From: an uncultured bacterium
GTDB taxonomy: Bacteria; Eisenbacteria; RBG-16-71-46
Direction: 5' to 3'
Length of the DNA: 64,000 nt
Assembly (NCBI GenBank): GCA_964542745.1
Contig: CAZIVR010000005.1
Span: 9,142-73,141, forward strand
The translations under genes and the position numbers were made by a program. The notes beneath the pieces are model-generated. The model was not told where the DNA came from, made no database searches, and was given only the letters and a program-made list of their open reading frames with translations. Each line of letters begins with the position of its first letter. The first letter of the stretch is position 1. Below, in pieces: positions 21,547-30,401 of this stretch.

Positions 21547-23753
21547 ACCCCCGCCGCGACCCCCGCGCCGGCGCGGCCTTCGCCGCGCTGCTCGCGGTGG
21601 CCGGCGCCGTCGCGGGCCCGCCGTCCGCACGCGCCTCGGCCGCGGATCCGGCCGCGACGGCGCACGCGCCGCCCGCCGTCGCGCTGCCCCGCCCGCCCGC
21701 GACGCCCATGCGCGTGGTGCGCGACACGCTGCACGGCACCGTGGTGTCCGACCCGTTCCGCTGGCTCGAGGACGCCCGCTCGCCCGAGACGCGCGCCTGG
21801 CTCGCGGAGCAGGAGGCCTACCGCCGCGCGGTGATGGCGCACGCGCCGGGGCGCGAGCGCCTGCTCGCGCGCCTCGAGCAGCTGCATCGCACCGACGACG
21901 CCACCACGCCGGTGGCGCGCGCGGGCCGGCTCTTCTACCTCCGGCGCGCCGCCGACCGGGAACTGCCGGTGCTGGTGATGCGGACCGGCGAGCGCGAGCA
22001 GGTGCTCTACGATCCGCACGCGCTGCGCTCCGACCGCCACGTCGCGATCCGCGTGCTCGACGTCTCGGACGACGCGAGGCTGGTGGCCCTCGGCGTCCAG
22101 GAGGCGGGCGCGGACGAGGTGACGGTCCGCTTCCTCGAGACCGCCACGCGGCGCCTGCGGCCCGAGGCGCTGCCTCGGGCGCGCTACGGCTCGGTCCAGT
22201 TCACGGGCGACGGACGGTCGGTCTACTACGCGCGCTTCGAGGCGGACGGCCCGCGGCTGCGCCGCCACGGGCTGGGGTCGGACCCGGCGCGCGACCCGCT
22301 GGTCTACGGCGAGGGGCTCGGCCCCGACCGCATCCTCTCGCTCTCCGTCTCCGACGACGGGGCGTGGATGCTGATCACCGTGCGGCACGGCTCGGCCGGC
22401 GACCGCACCGAGCTCCACGTCAAGGACCTGCGGCGCGACGGCCCGGTCCGGACCGTGGTGGACGACGTGCCCGCGCGCTTCGACGGCCGGCTCGCGTCGG
22501 ACACGCTCTACGTGCGCACCAACTGGGAGGCGCCGCGGCAGCGCATCCTGGCCGTGGACCTGCGCGACCCGGCCCGCGACAAGTGGCGCGAAGTGCTGCG
22601 CGAGGGCCAGTACGTGATCGACGGGTGGACGCTCGCGGGCGGCCGCCTGCTGGTCAACTACGCCGTGAACGTGTCGTCGCAGGTCTACCTCCTCGACCGG
22701 GAGGGACGGGTGCTCGGCCCGGTGCCGGTGGGCGAGACCGGCGCGGTGCGCGGCTTGTCCGGGCGCTGGAGCGATCCGGACGCCTACCTCACCTTCGAGT
22801 CCTACGACACGCCCCCGCGGATCCTGAAGGTGGCGGCGGCCACCAACCACGTCACCACGTGGTGGACGTCCAACGCCCCGTTCCGGAGCGAGGACTACGT
22901 GGTGGAGCAGGCGTGGGTCGCCTCGCGCGACGGCACGCGCATCCCCATGTTCCTCGCCCACCGCAAGGGGCTGGCGCGCGACGGGAAGGCGCCGGTCTAC
23001 CTCACGGGCTACGGCGGCTTCGCCCTCAACCGGACCCCGCGCTTCTCGGCGCTGGCCGCGGCGTGGATGGAGAACGGCGGCATCTGGGCCGAGCCCGCGC
23101 TGCGCGGCGGCGCGGAGTTCGGGGAGGAGTGGCACCGCGACGGCATGCTCGACCGCAAGCAGAACACGTTCGACGACTTCATCGCCGCGGCCGAGTGGCT
23201 GGTGCGCATGCGCTTCACCTCCCGCGACCGGCTCGCGATCGGCGGCGGCAGCAACGGCGGCCTGCTGGTGGGCGCGGCCCTCACGCAGCGTCCGGACCTG
23301 TTTCGCGCCGTGGTGTGCTCGGTGCCGCTCCTCGACATGCTCCGCTACCACCGCTTCCAGGTGGCGCGGTTCTGGGTCTCCGAGTACGGCTCGAGCGAGG
23401 ACCCGGCGCAGTTCCGGACCCTCCACGCCTACTCGCCCTACCATCGCGTGAAGATCGGCACGGACTACCCGGCGGTGCTGCTGGCGAGCGGCGACTCCGA
23501 CACCCGGGTGGATCCGCTGCACGCGCGCAAGATGGCGGCGCTGCTCCAGTCCGCCACCGGTTCGGACCGGCCGGTGCTGCTGCGCTACGACGAGCGCTCC
23601 GGGCACTCGGGCGGAAAACCCCGCAGCCGGCAGGTCGAGGACGACACCGACACCCTGCTGTTCCTGTGCTGGCAGCTCGGCATCGAGCCTCGCGAGGGGG
23701 CGCCGCCGCCGCTCCCACCCGAGCGCCCGAGCGGCGACCGGCAGCCCGACTGA
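21543..23753 (+). CDS. prolyl oligopeptidase (S9A family), secreted
   Basis: The GTG start overlaps the E2 stop (GTGA), and there is a signal peptide AFAALLAVAGAVAGPPSARA. It has a beta-propeller N-domain and the catalytic GGSNGGLL nucleophile elbow. Confidence 0.8.
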   Translation: MNPRRDPRAGAAFAALLAVAGAVAGPPSARASAADPAATAHAPPAVALPRPPATPMRVVRDTLHGTVVSDPFRWLEDARSPETRAWLAEQEAYRRAVMAHAPGRERLLARLEQLHRTDDATTPVARAGRLFYLRRAADRELPVLVMRTGEREQVLYDPHALRSDRHVAIRVLDVSDDARLVALGVQEAGADEVTVRFLETATRRLRPEALPRARYGSVQFTGDGRSVYYARFEADGPRLRRHGLGSDPARDPLVYGEGLGPDRILSLSVSDDGAWMLITVRHGSAGDRTELHVKDLRRDGPVRTVVDDVPARFDGRLASDTLYVRTNWEAPRQRILAVDLRDPARDKWREVLREGQYVIDGWTLAGGRLLVNYAVNVSSQVYLLDREGRVLGPVPVGETGAVRGLSGRWSDPDAYLTFESYDTPPRILKVAAATNHVTTWWTSNAPFRSEDYVVEQAWVASRDGTRIPMFLAHRKGLARDGKAPVYLTGYGGFALNRTPRFSALAAAWMENGGIWAEPALRGGAEFGEEWHRDGMLDRKQNTFDDFIAAAEWLVRMRFTSRDRLAIGGGSNGGLLVGAALTQRPDLFRAVVCSVPLLDMLRYHRFQVARFWVSEYGSSEDPAQFRTLHAYSPYHRVKIGTDYPAVLLASGDSDTRVDPLHARKMAALLQSATGSDRPVLLRYDERSGHSGGKPRSRQVEDDTDTLLFLCWQLGIEPREGAPPPLPPERPSGDRQPD

Positions 23754-23785
23754 ACGCGGCGGCGCCGCCGCCCGAGGGAGACCCG

Positions 23786-24883
23786 ATGACCGAAACGCTG
23801 CGCGTGCTGGATGCCGACGGGAAGCTGGTGGGCGAGGCCCCCGAGGTTCCCGGGGACGACCTCGTCGCCATGCTGCGCCACATGGTCCGGATGCGCACGC
23901 TCGACGTGCGCATGCTGTCGCTCCAGCGGCAGGGCCGCATCGGCTTCTACGGCACCGCGACCGGGCAGGAGGCGGCCGTGACGGGCTCGGCGTACGCGCT
24001 GCGCCCGCAGGACTGGGTCTTCCACGCGCTGCGCGAGACCGGCGTGTGCCTGTGGCGCGGCACCACGGTGAAGGAGCTGGTGTGCCAGCTCATCGGCAAC
24101 TCGGGCGACGTGCTGATCGGCCGCCAGATGCCCATGCACTTCAGCGACCGGCGCGTGCGGTCCGTGGCGTGGTCGAGCGTGATCGCGACCCAGCTCCCCC
24201 ACGCCATGGGCGCCGCGTGGGCGGCGAAGCTGCAGAAGAAGGACGAGGTGATGATGGGCTACATCGGCGACGGCGGCACGTCGTCGGGCGACTTCCACGC
24301 CGCCCTCAACTTCGCGGCGGTGTTCCGGGTCCCCGCGGTGTTCTTCTGCCAGAACAACCAGTGGGCGATCTCGGTGCCCCTCTCCCGCCAGACGCGCTCG
24401 GAGAGCCTCGCGGTCAAGGCGGTGGCCTACGGCATGCCGGGCGTGCGGGTGGACGGCAACGACCTGCTCGCGGTGATCGCGGCCACCCGCGAGGCGGTGC
24501 GCCGCGCGAGCGCGGGCGGTGGCCCGACCTTCATCGAGGCCGTCACGTTCCGCATGGGCGGCCACTCGTCGAGCGACGACCCCACCCGCTATCGCGACAA
24601 GGAGCTGGTCGCCGAGTGGGAGCGGCAGGATCCCGTGAACCGGCTGCGCGCCTACCTGCGCGCGGAGGGACTGCTCGCGGACGGCACCGAGGAACGCTGG
24701 GTCGAGGAGGGCAACGCCGAGATCACCGCCGCGATCGCCGAGGCCGAGGCGCTTCCCCCTCCCGGCATCGAGACCATGTTCACCGACGTCTACGCCGAGA
24801 TGCCGCCCCACCTCGCCGAGCAGATGCGCTACGCGGTGGCGATGGGCGAGGGCACGAAGTTCGAGGGGGCGTTCCCGCTCTAG
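23786..24883 (+). CDS. 2-oxoacid dehydrogenase E1 component alpha subunit (TPP-dependent)
   Basis: It has the TPP motif GDGGTSSGDFHAALNFAAV...FFCQNNQWAIS. GAGGGAG lies upstream. Confidence 0.85.
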   Translation: MTETLRVLDADGKLVGEAPEVPGDDLVAMLRHMVRMRTLDVRMLSLQRQGRIGFYGTATGQEAAVTGSAYALRPQDWVFHALRETGVCLWRGTTVKELVCQLIGNSGDVLIGRQMPMHFSDRRVRSVAWSSVIATQLPHAMGAAWAAKLQKKDEVMMGYIGDGGTSSGDFHAALNFAAVFRVPAVFFCQNNQWAISVPLSRQTRSESLAVKAVAYGMPGVRVDGNDLLAVIAATREAVRRASAGGGPTFIEAVTFRMGGHSSSDDPTRYRDKELVAEWERQDPVNRLRAYLRAEGLLADGTEERWVEEGNAEITAAIAEAEALPPPGIETMFTDVYAEMPPHLAEQMRYAVAMGEGTKFEGAFPL

Positions 24884-24936
24884 GCTCCGTGGGAGAACGA
24901 CGCGCGAGCGCGCCGGCAGGCGGCCGTAAGCGCGAA

Positions 24937-24959
24937 GGCCCGGTCGCGGCGACCGGGCC
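24937..24959. terminator. GC hairpin (GGCCCGGTC-GCGGC-GACCGGGCC) between convergent genes; probable bidirectional terminator
   Basis: It is a perfect 9-bp stem with a 5-nt loop, midway between the E1alpha stop and the stop of the minus-strand LysM gene. There is no U-tract, as is common in high-GC genomes. Confidence 0.45.
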
Positions 24960-24998
24960 CAGGCGTTCTCGAGACGGGTGTCCTGAGGTTTCGGGAAC

Positions 24999-26591
24999 TC
25001 AGCGCCCCTTGGCAGGCAGCTTCAGCACCTGGCCCGGCCTCACCTTCTCCGAGACCAGGTTGTTCTCCATCATCAGCGCGGGAACCGTGTTCCCCCACTC
25101 CTTCGCGATGTCCGCGAGCGTCTGGCCATCCTTGACCTTGACGCGATCGGGACGCGCCGCGGGCGGCGCCGGCTTCGCCGGTGCGGGCACGGGCTTCGGC
25201 GCTTCCTCGACCCTCGCGGGCGCGGGCGCGGGCTTCGGCGCTTCCTCGACCTTCGCGGGCGCGGGCGCGGGCTTCGGCGCTTCCTCGACCTTCGCGGGCG
25301 CGGGCGCGGGCTTCGGCGCTTCCTCGACCTTGGCCGGGGCCGGTGCGGGCTTCGGCGCTTCCTCGACCTTCGCCGGGGCCGTTGCGGGCTTCGGCGACGG
25401 TTCGGTCTTCGCCGGCTCGGGAGCCGGGGCCGCCTTCGCGGGAGACGGCGTCGGCGCGACGATGGCCGCCGGAGCGGGCGGCGCCGCGACCGCGGGCCTG
25501 GCGGGCTTCGCCGGAGCGGCCGGGACAATCGCGGGGCGCGGGGCCTCGGCCGTCGCCCGCGCGGACCGCGCGCGGTCCACGTAGCCGGGCTGCGGCGACG
25601 ACGACTTCGCCACCGGCGCGGGACGCGGGGACCTCGCCGCGGCCGCCTCGCCGTCGCCGCCGTTCAGGAAGCCGGGACGGTAGGTGAGCCCGACGCGGTG
25701 CTGCCCGCTCCCCGACGCGCCGCCGGTGAGGAAGCCGTAGTCGAGCCAGAAGCCGTTGGCGCCCGCCCCCATGCCGAAGGTGGGCCCGCCGAGCGGCTCG
25801 CCCTCGTCCGCGCCCAGCTCCTTGCGGTAGCCGCTGCGCAGGGCGAGGTGGTCGCGGTAGCGCCACTCGACGCCTCCCCGCACGTCGCTGTAGTAGGCGC
25901 TCGGGAAGTTCGCGTCGAGCGCGAAGGTGAGGCCCGAGAGCGGCATCGAGTAGGCGACCCCGGCGCCGTAGCTGGTCGGGAAGTCGTAGGTGGCGCCGCC
26001 GTAGCTCATCTTGCCGAAGGCGTTCTGCGCGGCCGCGCCGAAACCGAGCGCGCCGGCCCGCACCCGCACGCCGGCGTCGAACGTCACGCCGCCGCCGGTC
26101 ACGTCGCCGAGCTTCTCGGTCGCGAACTTGAGGCCGAGCCCCACGGTCGCGCGCGGGCCCACCGGCTGCGCCACCTGCAGGCCGAGCGCCATGCTCGAGG
26201 CGTTGAAGCTCCCGGTCGGGAGGTTGTTGGCGTCGCGGCCCTCGAAGGCGCCGTCGCCCTGGTAGAGACCGCTCAGGCCCCAGCGGGTGCGCGAGGCGCC
26301 GAAGCGGCCGCCGGCCGCGATCCAGTCCTGCGGGCTTTCGCCGGTGATCGTGGAGTGCGAGAAGACGTAGTGGGTCTCGCCGAGGCCGCCGAGCGCGGCG
26401 ACGTTCCAGGCCGCGGCGCCTAGCCCGCTGCCGAACCCGAGCGTGGCGCCTCCCATGCCGAGCACGTCCGCGCCCGCGCCCACCGACAGGAATCCGGCCG
26501 CGGTGGTGCCGGCCTTCTCGATCCCCGCCCACGCGCCCGACGGCGCCGTCACCAGCAGCGCGGCCACCACGATCCCTCGAACGCGACGCAT
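24999..26591 (-). CDS. outer-membrane beta-barrel protein (Gly-rich, possibly PorV/UPF0164-like) with Pro/Ala/Lys tandem-repeat linker and C-terminal LysM domain
   Basis: It has a signal peptide MRRVRGIVVAALLVTAPSGAWA, a ~330-aa Gly/aromatic-rich beta-strand domain, 5x PAKVEEAPKPAPA repeats and a C-terminal LysM (VKVKDGQTLADIAKEWGNTVPALMMENNL). GGAGG lies upstream. Confidence 0.7.
   Translation of the reverse strand: MRRVRGIVVAALLVTAPSGAWAGIEKAGTTAAGFLSVGAGADVLGMGGATLGFGSGLGAAAWNVAALGGLGETHYVFSHSTITGESPQDWIAAGGRFGASRTRWGLSGLYQGDGAFEGRDANNLPTGSFNASSMALGLQVAQPVGPRATVGLGLKFATEKLGDVTGGGVTFDAGVRVRAGALGFGAAAQNAFGKMSYGGATYDFPTSYGAGVAYSMPLSGLTFALDANFPSAYYSDVRGGVEWRYRDHLALRSGYRKELGADEGEPLGGPTFGMGAGANGFWLDYGFLTGGASGSGQHRVGLTYRPGFLNGGDGEAAAARSPRPAPVAKSSSPQPGYVDRARSARATAEAPRPAIVPAAPAKPARPAVAAPPAPAAIVAPTPSPAKAAPAPEPAKTEPSPKPATAPAKVEEAPKPAPAPAKVEEAPKPAPAPAKVEEAPKPAPAPAKVEEAPKPAPAPARVEEAPKPVPAPAKPAPPAARPDRVKVKDGQTLADIAKEWGNTVPALMMENNLVSEKVRPGQVLKLPAKGR
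25170..25410. repeat. 39-nt tandem repeat (about 5.5 copies) encoding PAKVEEAPKPAPA
   Basis: The unit gcgggcgcgggcttcggcgcttcctcgaccttcgcgggc is repeated near-perfectly on the plus strand. Confidence 0.8.
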
Positions 26592-26650
26592 GCTCGACTC
26601 CCTCCGGGTGCGTCCGGCGCCGCGGCGCCGGGAAAGCGAATCGGCGCGCG

Positions 26651-27661
26651 TCACGGCTGGCGCACCAGCTTGATGCTCGAGCGGCGGTCGCCGTCCACGA
26701 GCCACGCGCGATAGACGCCCGGCGCGACTTCGGCGCCGGCGTCGTTGCGGCCGTCCCAGCGCACGCTGCCGTCGGCGCAGCGCGGAACCGAACCCACGTC
26801 GAGCCGGCGCACGCGGAAGCCGCCGCCCGACACGATGTCGATCCAAAGGCCGGCGCCCCCGCCGCTCAGCGTGATCGGCAGGCACACCGGCTGGCCGGCG
26901 CGGCTCGGGTTCGGATAGCCCGGGGCGAGCGCGTCCGTCACGGTGCCGCCCGGCGCGGTGGCGAGCGTCAGGCGGAAGGCGGCGCTGCGCGCGCCCTCGT
27001 TGTCGCTGATGTCGCTGGCGCTCACCTGGTACCAGACCTCGCTCGCGCCCGACGGCGGGGCGTTGTCGAGGTAGCTGGGGTTCGTGAGCAGCGCCCCCGT
27101 GAGCTTCGTGTAGGGGCCGCCCGAGGCGGTGGCGCGGTAGACCGAATAGCCCTGGAGATCGGGCTCGCTGTTCGCGTTCCACGTCAGCTGCACGCCGGAG
27201 CCCGAGCGCGTCGCCGACAGGCCGGTCGGCGCGGAGGGCGGCGCGGTGTCGTAGACCCAGTCCCACTGAAGCAGGTTGGAGATCGCGGCGAGGTTGCCGG
27301 CGTCGTCCTCGGCGCGGATCGCGAAGTAGTAGGTGGTGCCGCGCGACAGGCCGCGCACCACCACGCTCTGGCGGGTGCCGGCGACCAGGGGCGCGGGGAG
27401 GCCGGGCACCGCCTGCGCCGCGTTCCAGTTGCCGGCGGTGATCGGCGAGGTGGAAAGCCGCATGTGGTAGAGCGTCGCGGTCCCGAGCCGGTCGTCGTCG
27501 CCCGGCGCGGTCCACTGCAGCATCACGCTGTCCGCGCCCGCGCCCTGCGCCCGCGCCGCGACCGGCGCCAGCAGCAGCAGCATCAGGCCGGCGAGCCCGA
27601 GCAGCCAGCGCCTCGGATCGAGGAGCGAACGCCGGCGCGGGAACGCGGACGCGGGTCGCAT
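26651..27661 (-). CDS. secreted fibronectin type III domain protein with C-terminal FlgD-Ig/T9SS-type sorting domain
   Basis: It has a signal peptide, two FN3-like modules (LQWTAPGDD...YYFAIRAEDDAGN; LSATRSGSGVQLTWNANSEPDLQGYSVYR) and a CTD (YPNPSRAGQPVCLPITLSGG...VAPGVYRAWL). Confidence 0.7.
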   Translation of the reverse strand: MRPASAFPRRRSLLDPRRWLLGLAGLMLLLLAPVAARAQGAGADSVMLQWTAPGDDDRLGTATLYHMRLSTSPITAGNWNAAQAVPGLPAPLVAGTRQSVVVRGLSRGTTYYFAIRAEDDAGNLAAISNLLQWDWVYDTAPPSAPTGLSATRSGSGVQLTWNANSEPDLQGYSVYRATASGGPYTKLTGALLTNPSYLDNAPPSGASEVWYQVSASDISDNEGARSAAFRLTLATAPGGTVTDALAPGYPNPSRAGQPVCLPITLSGGGAGLWIDIVSGGGFRVRRLDVGSVPRCADGSVRWDGRNDAGAEVAPGVYRAWLVDGDRRSSIKLVRQP

Positions 27662-28473
27662 CAGCGGCGGGCCCCGCCGAGGTCCCGCTCGGGACGGAAG
27701 CCGGCGTGCCACGCGAACCACACGAAGCCCGCGGCGAGATCGTTGATGCGTCCCGGCGGCATGGTGTCGCTGGTGGTGGCGCTCGCCACGTTCGAGAGCG
27801 CCGAAGGATTCCCGGCGTCGTCCGTGACGCGCATCGCGAAGTAGTACGTGACCTGCCGGCCGAGTCCGCGCACCGTGAAGGTCTGCGTGGTGCCGGAGGC
27901 GGTCGGCGCCGGTTCGCCCGTCGCCTGCGAGGCGCTCGCCCAGTTGCCGGCGGTGATCGGCGAGGTGGAGTACCGGATGTCGTAGGAGGCCGCCGCTCCG
28001 GTGAGGCTGTCGTCGCCGGTGGCGGTCCAGCTCAGGAGCGCGGTGGAGTCGGTGACCGAGGTCACGCTCACGTTGGCGACCGCGAAGGGACGGATCGTGT
28101 CGGGCGCGGCGAGCGTGGTGCGGCTCACCACGTTCGAGATCAGGGACCAGTTGGGGACGTCGTCCGCGGTCTTGATCGCGAAGTAGTAGGTGGTGGCCGG
28201 CGTGAGGCCCGTCACCGTCACGCCCTGCGAAATACCGGGAGTGCCCGGCACGGGCGTGCCGAGGAAACGCGTCGCCGAGCCGAAGTTCCCGGCGGTGATC
28301 GGCGACGTGGAATAGCGGAGGTCGAACTGGGAGGCGGTTCCGGTCAGGCTGTCGTCTCCCGGCGTGGTCCAGGTGAGCGTCACGCTGTTCCACGTCGTCT
28401 GGGCGTGCGACGGCGGCGCCACCGCCAGACCCAGCGCGACGAGCGCGGCGACCAGGGCGAATCTGGGCTGCAT
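27661..28473 (-). CDS. secreted protein with two fibronectin type III domains
   Basis: AGGAGG RBS. The signal peptide is MQPRFALVAALVALGLAVAPPSHA. It has two FN3-like modules (VTLTWTTPGDDSLTG...YYFAIKTADD; ALLSWTATGDDSLTG...YYFAMRVTDD). It has a TGATG overlap with the downstream gene. Confidence 0.7.
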   Translation of the reverse strand: MQPRFALVAALVALGLAVAPPSHAQTTWNSVTLTWTTPGDDSLTGTASQFDLRYSTSPITAGNFGSATRFLGTPVPGTPGISQGVTVTGLTPATTYYFAIKTADDVPNWSLISNVVSRTTLAAPDTIRPFAVANVSVTSVTDSTALLSWTATGDDSLTGAAASYDIRYSTSPITAGNWASASQATGEPAPTASGTTQTFTVRGLGRQVTYYFAMRVTDDAGNPSALSNVASATTSDTMPPGRINDLAAGFVWFAWHAGFRPERDLGGARR

Positions 28474-29025
28474 CCACTCCTCCTTCGTTGCCGGCCCGGG
28501 ATGCGAGTCGCGCATCCCGAGCCGCCGGGCGTCCTGCCTTGGGAAACACGGGCCGATGATGTCGTGCGGACAGCCGAGGAGAGCTCGGGCGACCTGCCGC
28601 CTGCGGCGGACCCGGCGAAACGAAGAGGTGAGGAGATTTCCGCCGAGCCGCGCGTCGCCACAGCACGAAACGTGCCCCCTGCGCGCATCCCGCCCGATCC
28701 GATCGGGGCGGGGCCGCTGCGGCCCGGAAACCCGCTCCACGCGAGGAACTTCGGGCACGATGCTCGAGCCGCCTGTGAGGGGGAAACCGGGCGCGGCGCG
28801 CGGCCGGGGTTGGATCCTGCAATCCAGCTTCCGTCCGGATGCAACATGAACCGGACTCCGGCCGCCGATCCGGGTCCGGATCCGGGACGGTCCGGCCCCT
28901 CCCGGGGCGAGCGGCCGATCTTCCGTTCGGTGTGAGCTTCCCGGGTTATTTGCCTGCCGCGAGGACGGTTCCGTGCAGAACGCGGCACACCGCGGGCGCT
29001 CCGGGGCCGGCGGCACCGCTGAGCT

Positions 29026-29055
29026 TTGACACTCTTCGCGCCGGACGCCTATCCT
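29026..29055 (+). promoter_or_regulatory. sigma70-like promoter candidate for the pilT-pilB-pilC operon (TTGACA-18nt-TATCCT)
   Basis: A perfect -35 hexamer and an 18-nt spacer lie ~195 nt upstream of the pilT ATG, inside a 775-bp non-coding region. Confidence 0.35.
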
Positions 29056-29249
29056 TCGACGCGAATGTAGAAACGGGGCTCCCCGGGCCGTGGGGGCTCG
29101 CCCCGGGCTGTACGCGATCCCCGTGCCCTCCCCTTGCCCCCGGCTCCGGCCGGGCAGCTCCCTCGGGCGTCGGGTCTCGGCCGCTCGCCACGCATGCGAT
29201 TCGGTCGGCGCGCGGTTCGTTTTCCTGGAGTCGTGAAAGCCCCATACCG

Positions 29250-30401
29250 ATGAGCGCATCCCCCTCCGTCGAGCGCGATTCGATCCTGCGCCGTGCCACC
29301 GAGCTCGGCGCCTCGGACCTGCTGATCACGGCGGGGCATCCGGTCATGGTGACCGTGGCCGGCTCGCTGCAGGAGCTCCCGGGCGGACCGGTGCTGGGGC
29401 CTGCCGACACGAGGCGCCTCGGCGAGAGCTTCCTCAATCCGGCGCTGTTCGAGCGCTTCCAGCGCGACCTCGAGCTCGACACCCGCTGCATGATCGAGGG
29501 CGTCGCCAGCTTCCGCGTGAACCTCTTCATCCAGCGCGGCGCGTGGGGCGCGGCGGTGCGGATCGTGCCGCTGCGCATCCCGCTCCCGTCGGAGCTCGGC
29601 CTCGCCCCGCACGTGGTGAGCCGCATCCTCGGCATCACCCGCGGGCTGGTGCTGGTGACGGGTCCGACCGGGGCGGGCAAGTCCACGACCATCGCCTCGA
29701 TCCTCGAGCAGATCAACCAGTCGGGCCCGCGCCGGCACATCGTGACCGTCGAGGACCCGATCGAGTTCCTGTTCGAGGCCAAGCAGGCGGTGATCGACCA
29801 GCGCGAGGTGGGGAGCGACACGCGCAGCTACGCGCGCGGCCTGAAGGGCGCGCTGCGACAGCTGCCCCACATCATCTTCGTGGGCGAGATGCGCGACCTC
29901 GCCAGCATGGCCATCGCGCTCACCGCCGCCGAGACCGGCAACCTGGTGATCTCCACCATGGCCACGCAGTCGGCGGCCCAGACGGTCACCCGCATCATCG
30001 ATTCCTTCCCGCCCTACCAGCAGGCGCAGATCCGCTCGCAGCTCTCGCTCACGCTGCGCGCCGTGGTCTCGCAGGTCCTGCTGCCGCGCGCGGACGGCAA
30101 GGGACGGGTGGCGGCGCGCGAGCTGATGTTCGTGAACCAGGCCATCCAGAACATGATCCGCGAGGACAAGATCCACCAGGTGACCAACGTCATCGCCACC
30201 AGCCTGCGCGAGGACATGGTCACGCTCGACGACTCGCTCGGCGAGCTGGTGGACCGCGGCGCGATCTCGTTCGAGACCGCCCATCCGTTCTTCGAGGACG
30301 TCGAGAAGCGCGCCTCGCTCCAGCGCCGCACCTACCGGACCGCGAACCTGCCGTCGGACGCCGGCACCCCGGCCCCCGCGGCGCGGAGGGCCCGCGCGTG
30401 A
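29250..30401 (+). CDS. pilT: type IV pilus retraction ATPase PilT
   Basis: It has Walker A GPTGAGKST, the PilT signature and an AIRNLIRE-like helix (AIQNMIREDKIHQ). Confidence 0.9.
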   Translation: MSASPSVERDSILRRATELGASDLLITAGHPVMVTVAGSLQELPGGPVLGPADTRRLGESFLNPALFERFQRDLELDTRCMIEGVASFRVNLFIQRGAWGAAVRIVPLRIPLPSELGLAPHVVSRILGITRGLVLVTGPTGAGKSTTIASILEQINQSGPRRHIVTVEDPIEFLFEAKQAVIDQREVGSDTRSYARGLKGALRQLPHIIFVGEMRDLASMAIALTAAETGNLVISTMATQSAAQTVTRIIDSFPPYQQAQIRSQLSLTLRAVVSQVLLPRADGKGRVAARELMFVNQAIQNMIREDKIHQVTNVIATSLREDMVTLDDSLGELVDRGAISFETAHPFFEDVEKRASLQRRTYRTANLPSDAGTPAPAARRARA

